Assembly (NCBI GenBank): GCA_001781095.1
Contig: MFKU01000006.1
Span: 21,999 to 82,540, forward strand
Direction of reading: 5' to 3'
Source: Candidatus Kaiserbacteria bacterium RIFCSPHIGHO2_01_FULL_53_31
Lineage (GTDB): Bacteria; Patescibacteriota; Minisyncoccia; Phycocordibacterales; Phycocordibacteraceae
DNA: 60,542 nt
In this document: positions 35,047 through 44,294 of the stretch, piece by piece
Layout of the letters: the number at the start of each line of letters is the position of its first letter
How positions within the stretch are numbered: the stretch's first letter is position 1
The notes under the pieces: generated by a model
The model's database searches: none
Told to the model about the DNA's origin: nothing
The model's input: only the letters and a program-made list of their open reading frames with translations
Program-made: the position numbers and the translations under genes

Positions 35047-35664
35047 ATGAAAAAGAAGCCTCAAATACTGATGGTTCATGGTGGGATGACCTTTAGAAAT
35101 AACAAGGATTATGCGCATTTTCTAAAAACGAGAAAGGTCTCAACTCAAGAGAGACCTTATTGGGAGGCTGATCTCGAGCAGAAGCTTGAGAAAAAATTTG
35201 AAATCATCAGACCACGGATGCCTCTGCAGGATAATGCTAAGTACCGGGATTGGAAGATATTCTTTGATAGGTATGTACCCCTTCTCAGAAAGAATTTCAT
35301 TCTCATAGGTTCTTCTCTGGGTGGGATTTTTCTCGCGAAATATCTTTCCGAAAATAAACTGTCCAAAAAAGCACTGTCTGTATATCTCGTTTGTGCACCT
35401 TTCGATGGATCGCTATCTTCGGAAGATCTAGTCGGTGGGTTTAGGCTTAAAGCCGATATATCTTTGATCGAGAAGAATTGCATGAATCTCCACATTCTCT
35501 TCTCAAAAGATGATGACATAGTACCTGTCTCTCATGCTGAAAAATATAGAAACAAATTAAAGAAAGCACACATCGTCATATACAAAAGCAAAAAAGGTCA
35601 TTTCAACGTGCCGACGTTCCCCGAGATCATTAAACTGATCAACGAGGACGTTAAAGAACGATAG
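35047..35664 (+). CDS. alpha/beta hydrolase (YdeN/RBBP9-like serine hydrolase)
   Basis: ILMVHGG..., nucleophile elbow GSSLGG, C-terminal KKGHF. Confidence 0.65.
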   Translation: MKKKPQILMVHGGMTFRNNKDYAHFLKTRKVSTQERPYWEADLEQKLEKKFEIIRPRMPLQDNAKYRDWKIFFDRYVPLLRKNFILIGSSLGGIFLAKYLSENKLSKKALSVYLVCAPFDGSLSSEDLVGGFRLKADISLIEKNCMNLHILFSKDDDIVPVSHAEKYRNKLKKAHIVIYKSKKGHFNVPTFPEIIKLINEDVKER

Positions 35665-35665
35665 A

Positions 35666-35874
35666 ATCAAATGTATTTCGTCTACCTTCTCGAGTGCAAA
35701 GACGGCTCGCTCTACACAGGCATAACGACCGATGTTGATCGGCGGTTCGTTGACCACAAGAACGGAGTGGGTGGTAGCTATACCAGATCAAAAGGAGTAA
35801 AAAAGGTGGTGTATACCGAGAAGCATCCAGACCGGTCATCAGCGTCAAAGAGAGAAGCAGAAATCAAATCCTGG
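35666..35874 (+). repeat. 209-bp perfect direct repeat, copy 2
   Basis: Identical to 31391-31599; the copies are offset by 4275 bp. Confidence 0.85.
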
Positions 35875-35907
35875 TGCCGAGAGAAGAAATTTAATTTGTT
35901 TCAGTGA
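35671..35907 (+). CDS. GIY-YIG nuclease family protein, copy 2 (78 aa, different C-terminus)
   Basis: The first 68 aa are identical to copy 1; they diverge after EAEIKSW. Confidence 0.8.
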   Translation: MYFVYLLECKDGSLYTGITTDVDRRFVDHKNGVGGSYTRSKGVKKVVYTEKHPDRSSASKREAEIKSWCREKKFNLFQ

Positions 35908-36009
35908 TTGCATGATGGAATAAAGTGTCACATGGGACTGCCCTAGGCATCTGGTTCTGATTAATGTAACCTACGGGCAGGTTGAGGATGAAAACGATTA
36001 GGAGGGTTT

Positions 36010-36294
36010 ATGCTACGACTGATGAACTGCAGCAATCAGTTCGTTCACGGACGGCGATACTGGTTCTTTCCACCAGTCAAGGTTAGGTGCATCTCGATTT
36101 CAGGGAGGCGGCACGTAGAGGGAACCTTCACAGAAGGGCTATGTCTTCCGCATCAGATAAACGCGCAGGTGTGCGTGTTCAGAGGACGGCCTATTGGCCA
36201 CAGAGGCCAGTATTACTTCCGTGTAGCCTATAGCAGTGGTGTCTTTGAGCATAAAGCGAGAAGGATGTCGTCCCATCTGCGAGTGGTGAAGTGA
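36010..36294 (+). CDS. doubtful basic hypothetical protein
   Basis: AGGAGGG 5 nt before the ATG and a long hairpin (36302-36338) after the stop, but the composition is unusual. Confidence 0.3.
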   Translation: MLRLMNCSNQFVHGRRYWFFPPVKVRCISISGRRHVEGTFTEGLCLPHQINAQVCVFRGRPIGHRGQYYFRVAYSSGVFEHKARRMSSHLRVVK

Positions 36295-36400
36295 AGCGGC
36301 AAAAGGGCTGGGTGCGACCATGGTCGCTCCAGCCCTTTAATGCTCTCCACATAATTCGAATCACTTACTCGTTGAGCAAGGACTCCCCTTGCTCCGCATA

Positions 36401-36438
36401 GAGGCCATCGCGTAAGACGCGGTGGCCTCGTTTTGTTA
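36401..36438 (+). terminator. rho-independent terminator
   Basis: 12-bp stem GAGGCCATCGCG/CGCGGTGGCCTC, loop TAAGA, then GTTTTGTT. Confidence 0.6.
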
Positions 36439-36467
36439 TCGGTAATTCTCTAGGGTAGAATGAATTT

Positions 36468-37133
36468 ATGAAGGAGAGGAACAAAGCGATACCAGCCGTG
36501 AAAGATAATTTTATTCTTTTTGATTTTGACGGCGTGATTGCAGATTCCTTTGCGCCCGCGTTCGAAATACAGAAAATGATATGTCCGGCTCTGGACGAAG
36601 ACAGCTACCGCAGAAGGTTTGAAGGCAATATTAATGATTGGGAAGATCCAATTAACACTCATACAGCGGAATGCCGGCACGATATTGATTTCTTTGTAGA
36701 ATACATTCCTCGTATGAGAAATGAAGTACAAATCAAACCCGGGATGACAGAAGTAATAACCCAGCTCGGGAAAGAGTATACGCTCGTGATAATTTCCTCG
36801 ACCATCACGAGCCCGATCCAAGAATTCATGGAGAAACACAATCTCGCATCTCACTTCGTCGAGATTATGGGCAACGACGTGCATACGAGCAAGGTGGAGA
36901 AGATAAAAACGGTGTTTGGAAGGTACGGCACTTCTGCAGGAAATTGTCTGTTCATCACCGACACGCTCGGCGATATGCGTGAAGCAGACAAAATGGGTGT
37001 GGGGACGATAGGAGTGACCTGGGGCTTCCATGCGTCGGAAACGCTCCAAAGGGGAGGTCCATTCTGCCTCGTCGGTGAGCCGCAATTTTTGCCGAACGCT
37101 GTCGCGGATTATTTCGCAAATACATCTCGATAA
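36468..37133 (+). CDS. HAD-superfamily hydrolase (phosphoglycolate phosphatase-like)
   Basis: Motif I ILFDFDGVIADS, motif II VIISSTIT, motif IV FITDTLGD. Confidence 0.85.
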   Translation: MKERNKAIPAVKDNFILFDFDGVIADSFAPAFEIQKMICPALDEDSYRRRFEGNINDWEDPINTHTAECRHDIDFFVEYIPRMRNEVQIKPGMTEVITQLGKEYTLVIISSTITSPIQEFMEKHNLASHFVEIMGNDVHTSKVEKIKTVFGRYGTSAGNCLFITDTLGDMREADKMGVGTIGVTWGFHASETLQRGGPFCLVGEPQFLPNAVADYFANTSR

Positions 37134-37180
37134 AAAACAATCGGGGGCGCTCCGGTTGGAGCGCCCCCATAGTGAGAAAG

Positions 37181-37702
37181 CTAGAACAAACGAGTCACGA
37201 TGCCTCGCCTAAGGCACTCCTCAGCACTGAGATGGAGCCAGTTACTACCGTAGAGTTCCGCCATCAGTTTCGGGTCAGAAGACAAATCACGTTTGACGAG
37301 AGCCTCTTTCAGCGTGGCTTCGTGCCGCCTGAGTAGCGCAAGCGTGGCGTGGTTCGCGACCGAGCCGTTTACCAGGTCGAGATCGCTTGTGTCGAGAATC
37401 ACAGACCCGCGGTGAACGCCGAGAATCGCCCCTTCTCGCATTTCTTTGACCGCGGCGGGAAGCGCGAGAGAGATCAGAGCGGCGGCCGATTCCGCGTTAT
37501 AGATTCTCATGCTCGAGAACACGGTACGCCCGACCCCTACCGAATCGAGCATTTCTTCGACGAAATCGACGGTTGGTTGGAGGTCGCCGCCGAGGCTGTC
37601 GATTACGAGCACGCAAGAATTGTCAAGTCCTCCCCAGATTTCTTCTTGTACGCGACACAGTCGCGCTTCGTCTAAATGACCGGAAAGCAAGACTACAGAC
37701 AT
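37181..37702 (-). CDS. ClpP/crotonase-fold serine protease-like protein
   Basis: VLVIDSLGGDLQP and YNAESAAALISLA resemble ClpP INSPGG and AAS segments; assignment is weak. Confidence 0.45.
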   Translation of the reverse strand: MSVVLLSGHLDEARLCRVQEEIWGGLDNSCVLVIDSLGGDLQPTVDFVEEMLDSVGVGRTVFSSMRIYNAESAAALISLALPAAVKEMREGAILGVHRGSVILDTSDLDLVNGSVANHATLALLRRHEATLKEALVKRDLSSDPKLMAELYGSNWLHLSAEECLRRGIVTRLF

Positions 37703-37770
37703 TGCATCCTCCTTTCGTGCGTTCTAGAATAGGCAGAGTTTCCTTATATAAGATAACATCTACAAACGAC

Positions 37771-38055
37771 ATGTCAATGGAACGCATGAGCGAGCTTCGC
37801 AATGAAGATCAGAAAGCCGCAATGGAACTCCTTCAGTCTGACGAGTTTCTGAGAAATGACAGCTACGCGCAGAGAGTTGTTGAGACTGGGAAAGCCGATA
37901 GCGGCATTCAAGTTGATCTCGGCGAATTTCTCGCCGCGAGAGGCGCCTTCATCAGACAAGAAGTAGCACGAGCGAAACTTTCAAAGATTAATCCTGAAAT
38001 GGTCAGAGTGGTGACGGGTGTGCGACCCGATGTTGAGAAATACACCGAGGAATGA
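37771..38055 (+). CDS. hypothetical protein
   Basis: Internal ATG (MSMERMSELRNEDQKAAMELL...); the stop overlaps the next gene start. Confidence 0.4.
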   Translation: MSMERMSELRNEDQKAAMELLQSDEFLRNDSYAQRVVETGKADSGIQVDLGEFLAARGAFIRQEVARAKLSKINPEMVRVVTGVRPDVEKYTEE

Positions 38056-38405
38056 ATATAAATTGTGGCATGAAAGATGTCATCTCATTCGCGCATTTTG
38101 AAGCGCTTGATTTACGAGTCGGGAGAATACTGAAAGTCGACGATGCAGAGACTAATAAGCCGACGTATCGCATTACGGTTGACTTTGGTCCTGAAATCGG
38201 GACGAAAGTTTCGTGCGGCGCGTATCGAAATTATCCAAAAAAAGAGTTGGTGGGGAAACTAGTGGTCGCCGTTATCAATTTCGGTGTCAAACAGATGGGT
38301 CCCGAGAAGTCAGAAGTGCTCATTCTCGGTGTGCGGAATGAAAAGGGAGAAACAATCTATATCACGCCACAAACTGATGTCCCATTCGGGAACGCGATAT
38401 TTTGA
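38052..38405 (+). CDS. csaA: tRNA-binding domain protein (CsaA/Trbp111-like)
   Basis: FEALDLRVGRILKVDDAE...KPTYRITVDFGPEIG...VGKLVVAVINF is the OB-fold tRNA-binding signature. Confidence 0.8.
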   Translation: MNINCGMKDVISFAHFEALDLRVGRILKVDDAETNKPTYRITVDFGPEIGTKVSCGAYRNYPKKELVGKLVVAVINFGVKQMGPEKSEVLILGVRNEKGETIYITPQTDVPFGNAIF

Positions 38406-38503
38406 CAATAATTACGCAGTCTCTTTCTCTACTTGGTCTAACGGCGGCACCGGTTTGATAGGCGCTTCAACGGGGCCCAGATCGGGCAGTATAATGAGAG
38501 CAC

Positions 38504-38683
38504 ATGACTCTGACCCCCGGCCTCTCGCTCATCCTGTTCGTCATCTATTTCATCCCGTCCATTGTCGCCTTTGCGAAAGGCAAGGGAGACGCGCTCCTCA
38601 TATGCCTTCTTAATCTCGTTATTGGTTGGACCGTCATCGGCTGGATAGCCTGCCTCATCTGGGCGTCAAGCGACAAGATATAA
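38504..38683 (+). CDS. superinfection-immunity-like small membrane protein (59 aa)
   Basis: Not in the ORF track. My translation MTLTPGLSLILFVIYFIPSIVAFAKGKGDALLICLLNLVIGWTVIGWIACLIWASSDKI matches the Imm_superinfect pattern. TATAAT lies 8 nt before the ATG. Confidence 0.6.
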   Translation: MTLTPGLSLILFVIYFIPSIVAFAKGKGDALLICLLNLVIGWTVIGWIACLIWASSDKI

Positions 38684-38762
38684 ACAGGTAAGAAGGGAAC
38701 GGGCCGGGAATCATCCCACCACCATCAACGGGATGATTCTTCGTGCAGAGTAAGAAAGTAAA

Positions 38763-39278
38763 TTACGGAATCAGGATTTGGCGATCGCTCGAAGTCGCGG
38801 TGCGTCCCAAGGCATCCGTAGACTGGACTACATAATGGTAGATCGTGCTCGTCGCCACATCGGGAGTTGGAATGATAATCTGGTGACGTTTCGTCAGTGT
38901 CGCGTCGAGGACGAAGGGCGTACTGCTCGAGGTGAGGTTGAGCGGCGCGGTCAATCCGTAGAAGACCTTGCTGGTCGATGGTCGGTTCGTTCTCCACGTT
39001 ATTGTAGTCGATGACACGTGGGTGCTTGCAGCTATCTTATTAATCTTCACTACTGCGGCTCGACGTGCGCTGCGCGCGGTCGTCGTCGCGGAGCGGCAGT
39101 CGTCGTCGCGGCCGAGGTTATTTTGCTGTCCGATGATGCTGCTCAGACCAAAGCCCATACCCAGGCCCATGTGGTTCCAATCGTCCCTCTGTTCCTGGTT
39201 CGCGAACGCGAACGCCGGCGCGGCAAAAAGCGAGGCGCCAAGGATAAAAGCTGGAATTTGCTTCAGGAGATTCTTCAT
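38763..39278 (-). CDS. secreted protein with FN3/Ig-like C-terminal domain
   Basis: Signal peptide MKNLLKQIPAFILGASLFAAPAFAFA; C-terminal ...TTITWRTNRPSTSKVFYG...YHYVVQSTDALG is FN3-like. Confidence 0.5.
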   Translation of the reverse strand: MKNLLKQIPAFILGASLFAAPAFAFANQEQRDDWNHMGLGMGFGLSSIIGQQNNLGRDDDCRSATTTARSARRAAVVKINKIAASTHVSSTTITWRTNRPSTSKVFYGLTAPLNLTSSSTPFVLDATLTKRHQIIIPTPDVATSTIYHYVVQSTDALGRTATSSDRQILIP

Positions 39279-39416
39279 ACATTGTATGTATTTGATTAGT
39301 GATAATTCGGATATACTATGATTTCCGCACACTCTGTAGACGCAGGCGGTACGCGGTTCTTACATCATTTCTCTCCGGCGTCAGGTAAGATTCTCGGCTT
39401 CGCCTCGTCTTCACGT

Positions 39417-39953
39417 ATGGAATCAGATATTCTAAAAAAACAATTTATACAGTTGTACAACAACGAAGCGGATTCGATCTTTCGATTTTGTTTGCTTCGA
39501 ATATCTGATCGAGAAGCGGCGGTTGACATCGTGCAGGACACGTTTATGCGCTATTGGGAGGTTCTCGCTCGGCAGGAAGAGGAGATACGGAATGGGCGGG
39601 CGTTCCTCTTCGCCATCGCGCGGAACCGCATTATCGATTGGTATCGCAAGAAGAAACCACTGTCTCTGGAGTCGCTTGCCGAGGAATCAGGAGCCGACGT
39701 GGAGATATTTATGGACACGGCGCAGAAGGAAGAAATAGAGATGGCGCACGAAGCGAAGTTTCTCATGGAAAAGATACGAGACATCGATCCGCTCTACCAA
39801 CAGTCAGTCTATTTAAGATTTGTGGAGAGTCTTGGACCGAAGGAAATAGCCGAGATATTGGGACTGTCGGTCAATGTCGTTTCCGTGCGTATCTATCGTG
39901 GTATAAAACAGCTGAGAACACTCGCGGGCTACGATGAAGAAAATGAAAAATAA
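39417..39953 (+). CDS. ECF-type RNA polymerase sigma-70 family factor
   Basis: Region 2 (IFRFCLLRISDREAAVDIVQDTFMRYWE...FAIARNRIIDWYRKKK) and region 4 (YLRFVESLGPKEIAEILGLSVNVVSVRIYRGIKQLR). Confidence 0.85.
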   Translation: MESDILKKQFIQLYNNEADSIFRFCLLRISDREAAVDIVQDTFMRYWEVLARQEEEIRNGRAFLFAIARNRIIDWYRKKKPLSLESLAEESGADVEIFMDTAQKEEIEMAHEAKFLMEKIRDIDPLYQQSVYLRFVESLGPKEIAEILGLSVNVVSVRIYRGIKQLRTLAGYDEENEK

Positions 39954-41055
39954 TCCAATTGACGAAGGAATACAACGGATAAAGAGTGTACGACTTTCTC
40001 GGGAGGAGAAGGTGCTTGTTCTGTCGCACCTTAATGAATACGCCGACGCACATCCGGTGGCCGCTCCGCGCGAGAAGTGGAGTGTCCGCGAGACATATAC
40101 GCATCCATACAAATATGCATTTGAATTCCGCTTTGGTTATGCGCTCACGGGAATTCTGCTCATCGTGCTACTCGCAGGGGGCTCGGTCGCCTCTGCTGCA
40201 GCAGGAGAGGCCCTACCGGGCGATATTCTCTATCCCGTGAAAATCTATATCAACGAGCCGCTTATTGGGGCGACAATATCTGGCGATGTACTAAAAGCCC
40301 GTTATGAGGCCTCGAGGACCATACGCCGTCTCGAGGAAGCAGAATCGCTCGTTGCCGAGGGAAGGTTGAGTCAATCAGCCGTCAAGACGATAACGGAAAA
40401 TTTCGAGAAGAGCTCGGCAGAATTTAACTCGATCGTGACGAGCACGGAAGAAAAAAAGCCGTCAGAAGAAATGGTTGACGCGCGTGTCGATTTTGAGGCG
40501 CAGATAAGCGCTCATTCGCAGATATTGTCGATCATGGAGGATAACGCGGAAACGCCGCAGAAAGACGACATTACCTCACTGCGAGATGTCGTTCAGCAAC
40601 ACGCGCTACGCGCGAGAGAGAAGAGAGCTGATATCGTGGAAGACTTTATACAGAATACCGACGGAGACGCGCAAGCGCAGGTGGATGGGCAGAAGTTGGG
40701 ACCAGATGATAGTAAAAACGCACAGAATCGAGGACGATTTGAGAGCAGACTACAGTCCATCCAGACCATGATTGACGAAACAGAAAGCCGCCTGCGAGAC
40801 ACAGCATCTTCAACGAGCACTGCGAGTTCAACGGTGCAGCAGCATATATTTGAAAACGTTCCCCAGACACTTCGTATGGCGGAGCGGGCGCTCTTAAAAG
40901 CGCAGGAGAAACAAGACTCTGGCGATTCTGATGAGGCGTACTCAGCGCTGCTCGACTCGGAAAGCGCAGCTAAAGAAGCTGATACCTCCCTTACACAAGG
41001 AATGAAATTTGGCAAAGAGCATAAGAATAACGAAGGGGGAAATGGGGGTGATTGA
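39934..41055 (+). CDS. DUF5667-like membrane protein, probable anti-sigma partner
   Basis: Overlaps the sigma gene by 20 nt. Short cytoplasmic N-terminus, one TM, then DILYPVKIYINEPL and a long helical Glu/Ser-rich ectodomain. Confidence 0.6.
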   Translation: MKKMKNNPIDEGIQRIKSVRLSREEKVLVLSHLNEYADAHPVAAPREKWSVRETYTHPYKYAFEFRFGYALTGILLIVLLAGGSVASAAAGEALPGDILYPVKIYINEPLIGATISGDVLKARYEASRTIRRLEEAESLVAEGRLSQSAVKTITENFEKSSAEFNSIVTSTEEKKPSEEMVDARVDFEAQISAHSQILSIMEDNAETPQKDDITSLRDVVQQHALRAREKRADIVEDFIQNTDGDAQAQVDGQKLGPDDSKNAQNRGRFESRLQSIQTMIDETESRLRDTASSTSTASSTVQQHIFENVPQTLRMAERALLKAQEKQDSGDSDEAYSALLDSESAAKEADTSLTQGMKFGKEHKNNEGGNGGD

Positions 41056-41074
41056 TTCGTGCTAGATTAATTTC

Positions 41075-41644
41075 ATGAAGCGCACGATTATTGTGCATGG
41101 CTGGGCGGATCACCCAGAGAATGCTTGGTTCCCATGGCTCAAAACAGAATTAGATAAGAAAGGATACGAGGTTGAGGTTCCTGTCATGCCGGACGCGAAG
41201 CGGCCGGTTATTACTGCATGGGTTGGACACCTTTCTACACTTCTTGATGGCGTGGGTCCGAACGACGAGCTAACGCTCATCGGACATAGCATCGGTTGTC
41301 AGACGATCCTGCGCACGCTTGAAATCACACGCGGGTTAAAAATCAAGAAAGTTATCCTTGTCGCCGGATGGCTCACACTGACAAACCTAGAAACCAGTGA
41401 CGAAGAGAACATCGCTGCTCCGTGGCTTACGGCGCCGATTGATTTTGACAAAGTGCGCAGTGCGGCAGACTCATTCACCGCTATTCTCTCTGACAACGAC
41501 CAATGGGTTCCACTTGAGAAAACCAAAAAAGCATTTGAATCAAAGCTCGGTGCCCGAGTGATCGTCGAACACGGCAGGGGCCACTTCGCTGGCGATGACG
41601 GTGTCACAGAACTGCCGGTGATACTCACAGAAATTCAATCATGA
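41075..41644 (+). CDS. YdeN/RBBP9-like alpha/beta serine hydrolase
   Basis: IIVHGW...PENAWFPWL, nucleophile GHSIGC, C-terminal GRGHF. Confidence 0.75.
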   Translation: MKRTIIVHGWADHPENAWFPWLKTELDKKGYEVEVPVMPDAKRPVITAWVGHLSTLLDGVGPNDELTLIGHSIGCQTILRTLEITRGLKIKKVILVAGWLTLTNLETSDEENIAAPWLTAPIDFDKVRSAADSFTAILSDNDQWVPLEKTKKAFESKLGARVIVEHGRGHFAGDDGVTELPVILTEIQS

Positions 41645-41805
41645 CACCTGAAGAATTACCGTTCGGCGTGTATGAGCACTATAAGGGGGAAACATATGAA
41701 GTTATCAGTGTCGCTCAGCACAGTGAGACGCTCGAGAAGATGGTGGTCTACAAACACCTCGACGACGAAGGGCTCTGGGTGCGCCCACTCGAGATGTTTA
41801 CCTAG
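41641..41805 (+). CDS. DUF1653-like small protein (54 aa)
   Basis: Not in the ORF track. MTPEELPFGVYEHYKGETYEVISVAQHSETLEKMVVYKHLDDEGLWVRPLEMFT; the start overlaps the upstream stop (ATGA). Confidence 0.65.
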   Translation: MTPEELPFGVYEHYKGETYEVISVAQHSETLEKMVVYKHLDDEGLWVRPLEMFT

Positions 41806-41861
41806 CTAGTAGAAATAAAGTGGAAAAAAGTCCCGCGCTTTAGATACATAGGAAAATAAGT

Positions 41862-42398
41862 ATGGGAAAATCCGACAATGACTCAATTACTATCCGCGAG
41901 TTTGGGACTACAAGGGAGAATGAAGAGCGGCGAGACGGCGGCTGTGGGATTGTATTTGATCCACGTACGCAGAAGTACGCGATAGGGAAACAGACAGAAG
42001 ATGGTCTCTTCCGGATTTTTTCGGGCGGTGTTGATTCAGGAGAAGATATTAAAGACGGCGTGTTACGCGAAGTTGTTGAAGAAAGTGGTTTGCACGATTT
42101 CCTCTATGTGGAGAAAATTTCAGAAGCTCTGACTCACTACCACAATAGTTTGAGAAATGTGAATCGTGTCGCCCACGCCACCTGTTTTCTCGTTATCCTC
42201 AAGAGTAGCAACGTCCAGCCGACGAAGCTCGAAGAGCATGAGAAGTTCACGCTTGTATGGGCCACTGCCGACGAGATCCTTGCGAATTGGAATACAAGAA
42301 ACGAGAATAAAGATTTTGACCACTGGATCTACTTTATGACTGAATCTGTTTCCCGAGCGAAAGAGCTTGGCTACGACACATCCTCTATCAGCGGTTAG
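41862..42398 (+). CDS. NUDIX hydrolase
   Basis: Nudix box GGVDSGEDIKDGVLREVVEESGL. Confidence 0.75.
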   Translation: MGKSDNDSITIREFGTTRENEERRDGGCGIVFDPRTQKYAIGKQTEDGLFRIFSGGVDSGEDIKDGVLREVVEESGLHDFLYVEKISEALTHYHNSLRNVNRVAHATCFLVILKSSNVQPTKLEEHEKFTLVWATADEILANWNTRNENKDFDHWIYFMTESVSRAKELGYDTSSISG

Positions 42399-42493
42399 TC
42401 TCGGCAATGACGAGAAATAAGGGAGTGTGGGTTACTTGGATTTGAGCTGAAATAAGGCGCTATACTGAAGCCATTAGCAATTAGTAATTCGCA

Positions 42494-42865
42494 ATGGATA
42501 TTTCACTTGTCGTAGCTCAGATCGTGGGTGCGTACCTCATCATTAGTGGCCTCTTCCTTATCTTCCGCGGGAAGACGCTCCCGCGTTTACTGCAAGACTT
42601 TTTCGGACATCCGGCCGTTGTATATCTCACAGGCATCATCCTTGTTTTCTTGTCGTTGCTCTATTTGCTCCAAAATAATGTCTGGGATAATTCATGGCGT
42701 ACCGTCATCACCGTCGTGGCGTGGCTTGTCCTCCTTAAGGGCTTGGCCTACATCTTTATTCCCGACGCACTTCACAAAATGGTGAACAAAAAGCTGCTCG
42801 ATACGCTGAACGTGTACGGCATCGTTGCGTTTGTCGCCGGCCTTTCATTGTTCTACCTAGGATAA
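42494..42865 (+). CDS. hypothetical four-TM membrane protein
   Basis: 123 aa, strongly hydrophobic, no family recognised. Confidence 0.5.
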   Translation: MDISLVVAQIVGAYLIISGLFLIFRGKTLPRLLQDFFGHPAVVYLTGIILVFLSLLYLLQNNVWDNSWRTVITVVAWLVLLKGLAYIFIPDALHKMVNKKLLDTLNVYGIVAFVAGLSLFYLG

Positions 42866-42922
42866 AGAACTGGAGTTATTCAAAATCAACACCGCATACG
42901 ATGCTATAGTTTAAGCATCAGC

Positions 42923-44197
42923 ATGCCTGATAAGACGTTGCGACAAAAGGTGCAGAGATATTGGTCCGAACTTGGTCCCGGCTTAGTGACCGGAGCCGCC
43001 GACGACGATCCTTCAGGTATCGCGACGTATTCTCAGGCGGGCGCGCGTTACGGACTGCAGCTTATCTGGGTCGCGCTCTTCACGTTTCCATTCATGGCAA
43101 CGGTGCAGGAGATGTGCGCGCGCATCGGACTCGTTTCCGGGCGCGGGCTCGCCGCGAATATTCGTCACTATTATTCCACACGTGCACTTCACGCGGTAAC
43201 CGCACTTCTCTTTTTCGCCAATGTGCTCAATATCGCAGCCGACTTGGGCGCGATGGCCGCGGGTACGCGTTTATTACTGCCCGCGATACGGGCTGAAGTT
43301 CTTGTGGTTTGCTTTGCGCTCCTCTGTCTCGGGCTGCAGATTTTCACTACGTATCGGCAGTATGCGAAATATCTCAAGTATTTGACGTTCGTGCTGCTTT
43401 CGTATGTGATCGTCGCGTTTATCGTACAGCTCGATTGGGGCGACGTGCTCTATCACACGCTCGTACCGTCGATAACATTTTCGCGCGATCAGATATTTCT
43501 GCTGTGCGCGATTCTCGGCACCACTATCTCTCCGTACCTCTTTTTCTGGCAGACGTCTCAGGAAGTCGAGGAGGAAATTTTGCACGGGGAGACTAGCATC
43601 AAGGCGCGTCAACACGATGTGAGCAAACACTCAATACGCGAGATGCGCACTGACGTGTGGAGCGGCATGGCATTTTCTAATCTCATTACCTTCTTCATTT
43701 TTGCCGCGGTTGCGGGGACGCTCTTCACGGGTGGAGCTACAAACATAGCGACCGCCGAGCAAGCCGCGCTCGCATTGCGGCCCTTCGGCGAGTACGCCTA
43801 CGTCTTATTTGCGCTCGGTATTATTGGGACGGGATTGCTGGCGATACCTGTGCTCGCGGGCTCCACCGCGTACGCACTCGCAGAGAGTTTCGGCTGGAGA
43901 TATGGCCTCTACCGGAAATTGAAGCAAGCGCACTCCTTTTATGCAGTTATGATTGCGGCGATGCTTGTCGGCATTGTGCTCAATTTCGTACATCTTGATC
44001 CGATACGCGGCCTCATCTACGCCGCCGCCGCGAACGGCATAATTGCGCCCTTTATCCTCTTTTTTGTGGTGCGCATTTCAGGAAACAAGCACATCATGGG
44101 TGAATATTCGAATCATCCGCTCGTCTCGGCCGTCGGCTGGACAACAATCGCCGTAATGGCCGCATCCGGCCTCGCCGCCGTCCTCTCTTTCTGGTAA
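42923..44197 (+). CDS. NRAMP-family divalent metal cation transporter
   Basis: [24 protein letters not shown] and 11 predicted TM helices. Confidence 0.85.
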   Translation: MPDKTLRQKVQRYWSELGPGLVTGAADDDPSGIATYSQAGARYGLQLIWVALFTFPFMATVQEMCARIGLVSGRGLAANIRHYYSTRALHAVTALLFFANVLNIAADLGAMAAGTRLLLPAIRAEVLVVCFALLCLGLQIFTTYRQYAKYLKYLTFVLLSYVIVAFIVQLDWGDVLYHTLVPSITFSRDQIFLLCAILGTTISPYLFFWQTSQEVEEEILHGETSIKARQHDVSKHSIREMRTDVWSGMAFSNLITFFIFAAVAGTLFTGGATNIATAEQAALALRPFGEYAYVLFALGIIGTGLLAIPVLAGSTAYALAESFGWRYGLYRKLKQAHSFYAVMIAAMLVGIVLNFVHLDPIRGLIYAAAANGIIAPFILFFVVRISGNKHIMGEYSNHPLVSAVGWTTIAVMAASGLAAVLSFW

Positions 44198-44214
44198 GCA
44201 GCGGGTATTTGTTG

Positions 44215-44293
44215 TATATTGAATGCACCGACTGCTGAGGTCTTCCCCGACGTGTTAGTCGGGGTCCCGACCGAAGCGTCGGGATTATTTTTT
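44215..44293 (+). promoter_or_regulatory. typA leader: -10-like box plus two tandem hairpins, the second terminator-like
   Basis: TATATT 44215-20; CCCCGAC/GTCGGGG (44245-64); TCCCGAC/GTCGGGA (44265-84) followed by TTATTTTTT, ending 1 nt before ATG 44295. A third CCGAC lies at 44227-31. Confidence 0.45.
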
Positions 44294-44294
44294 C

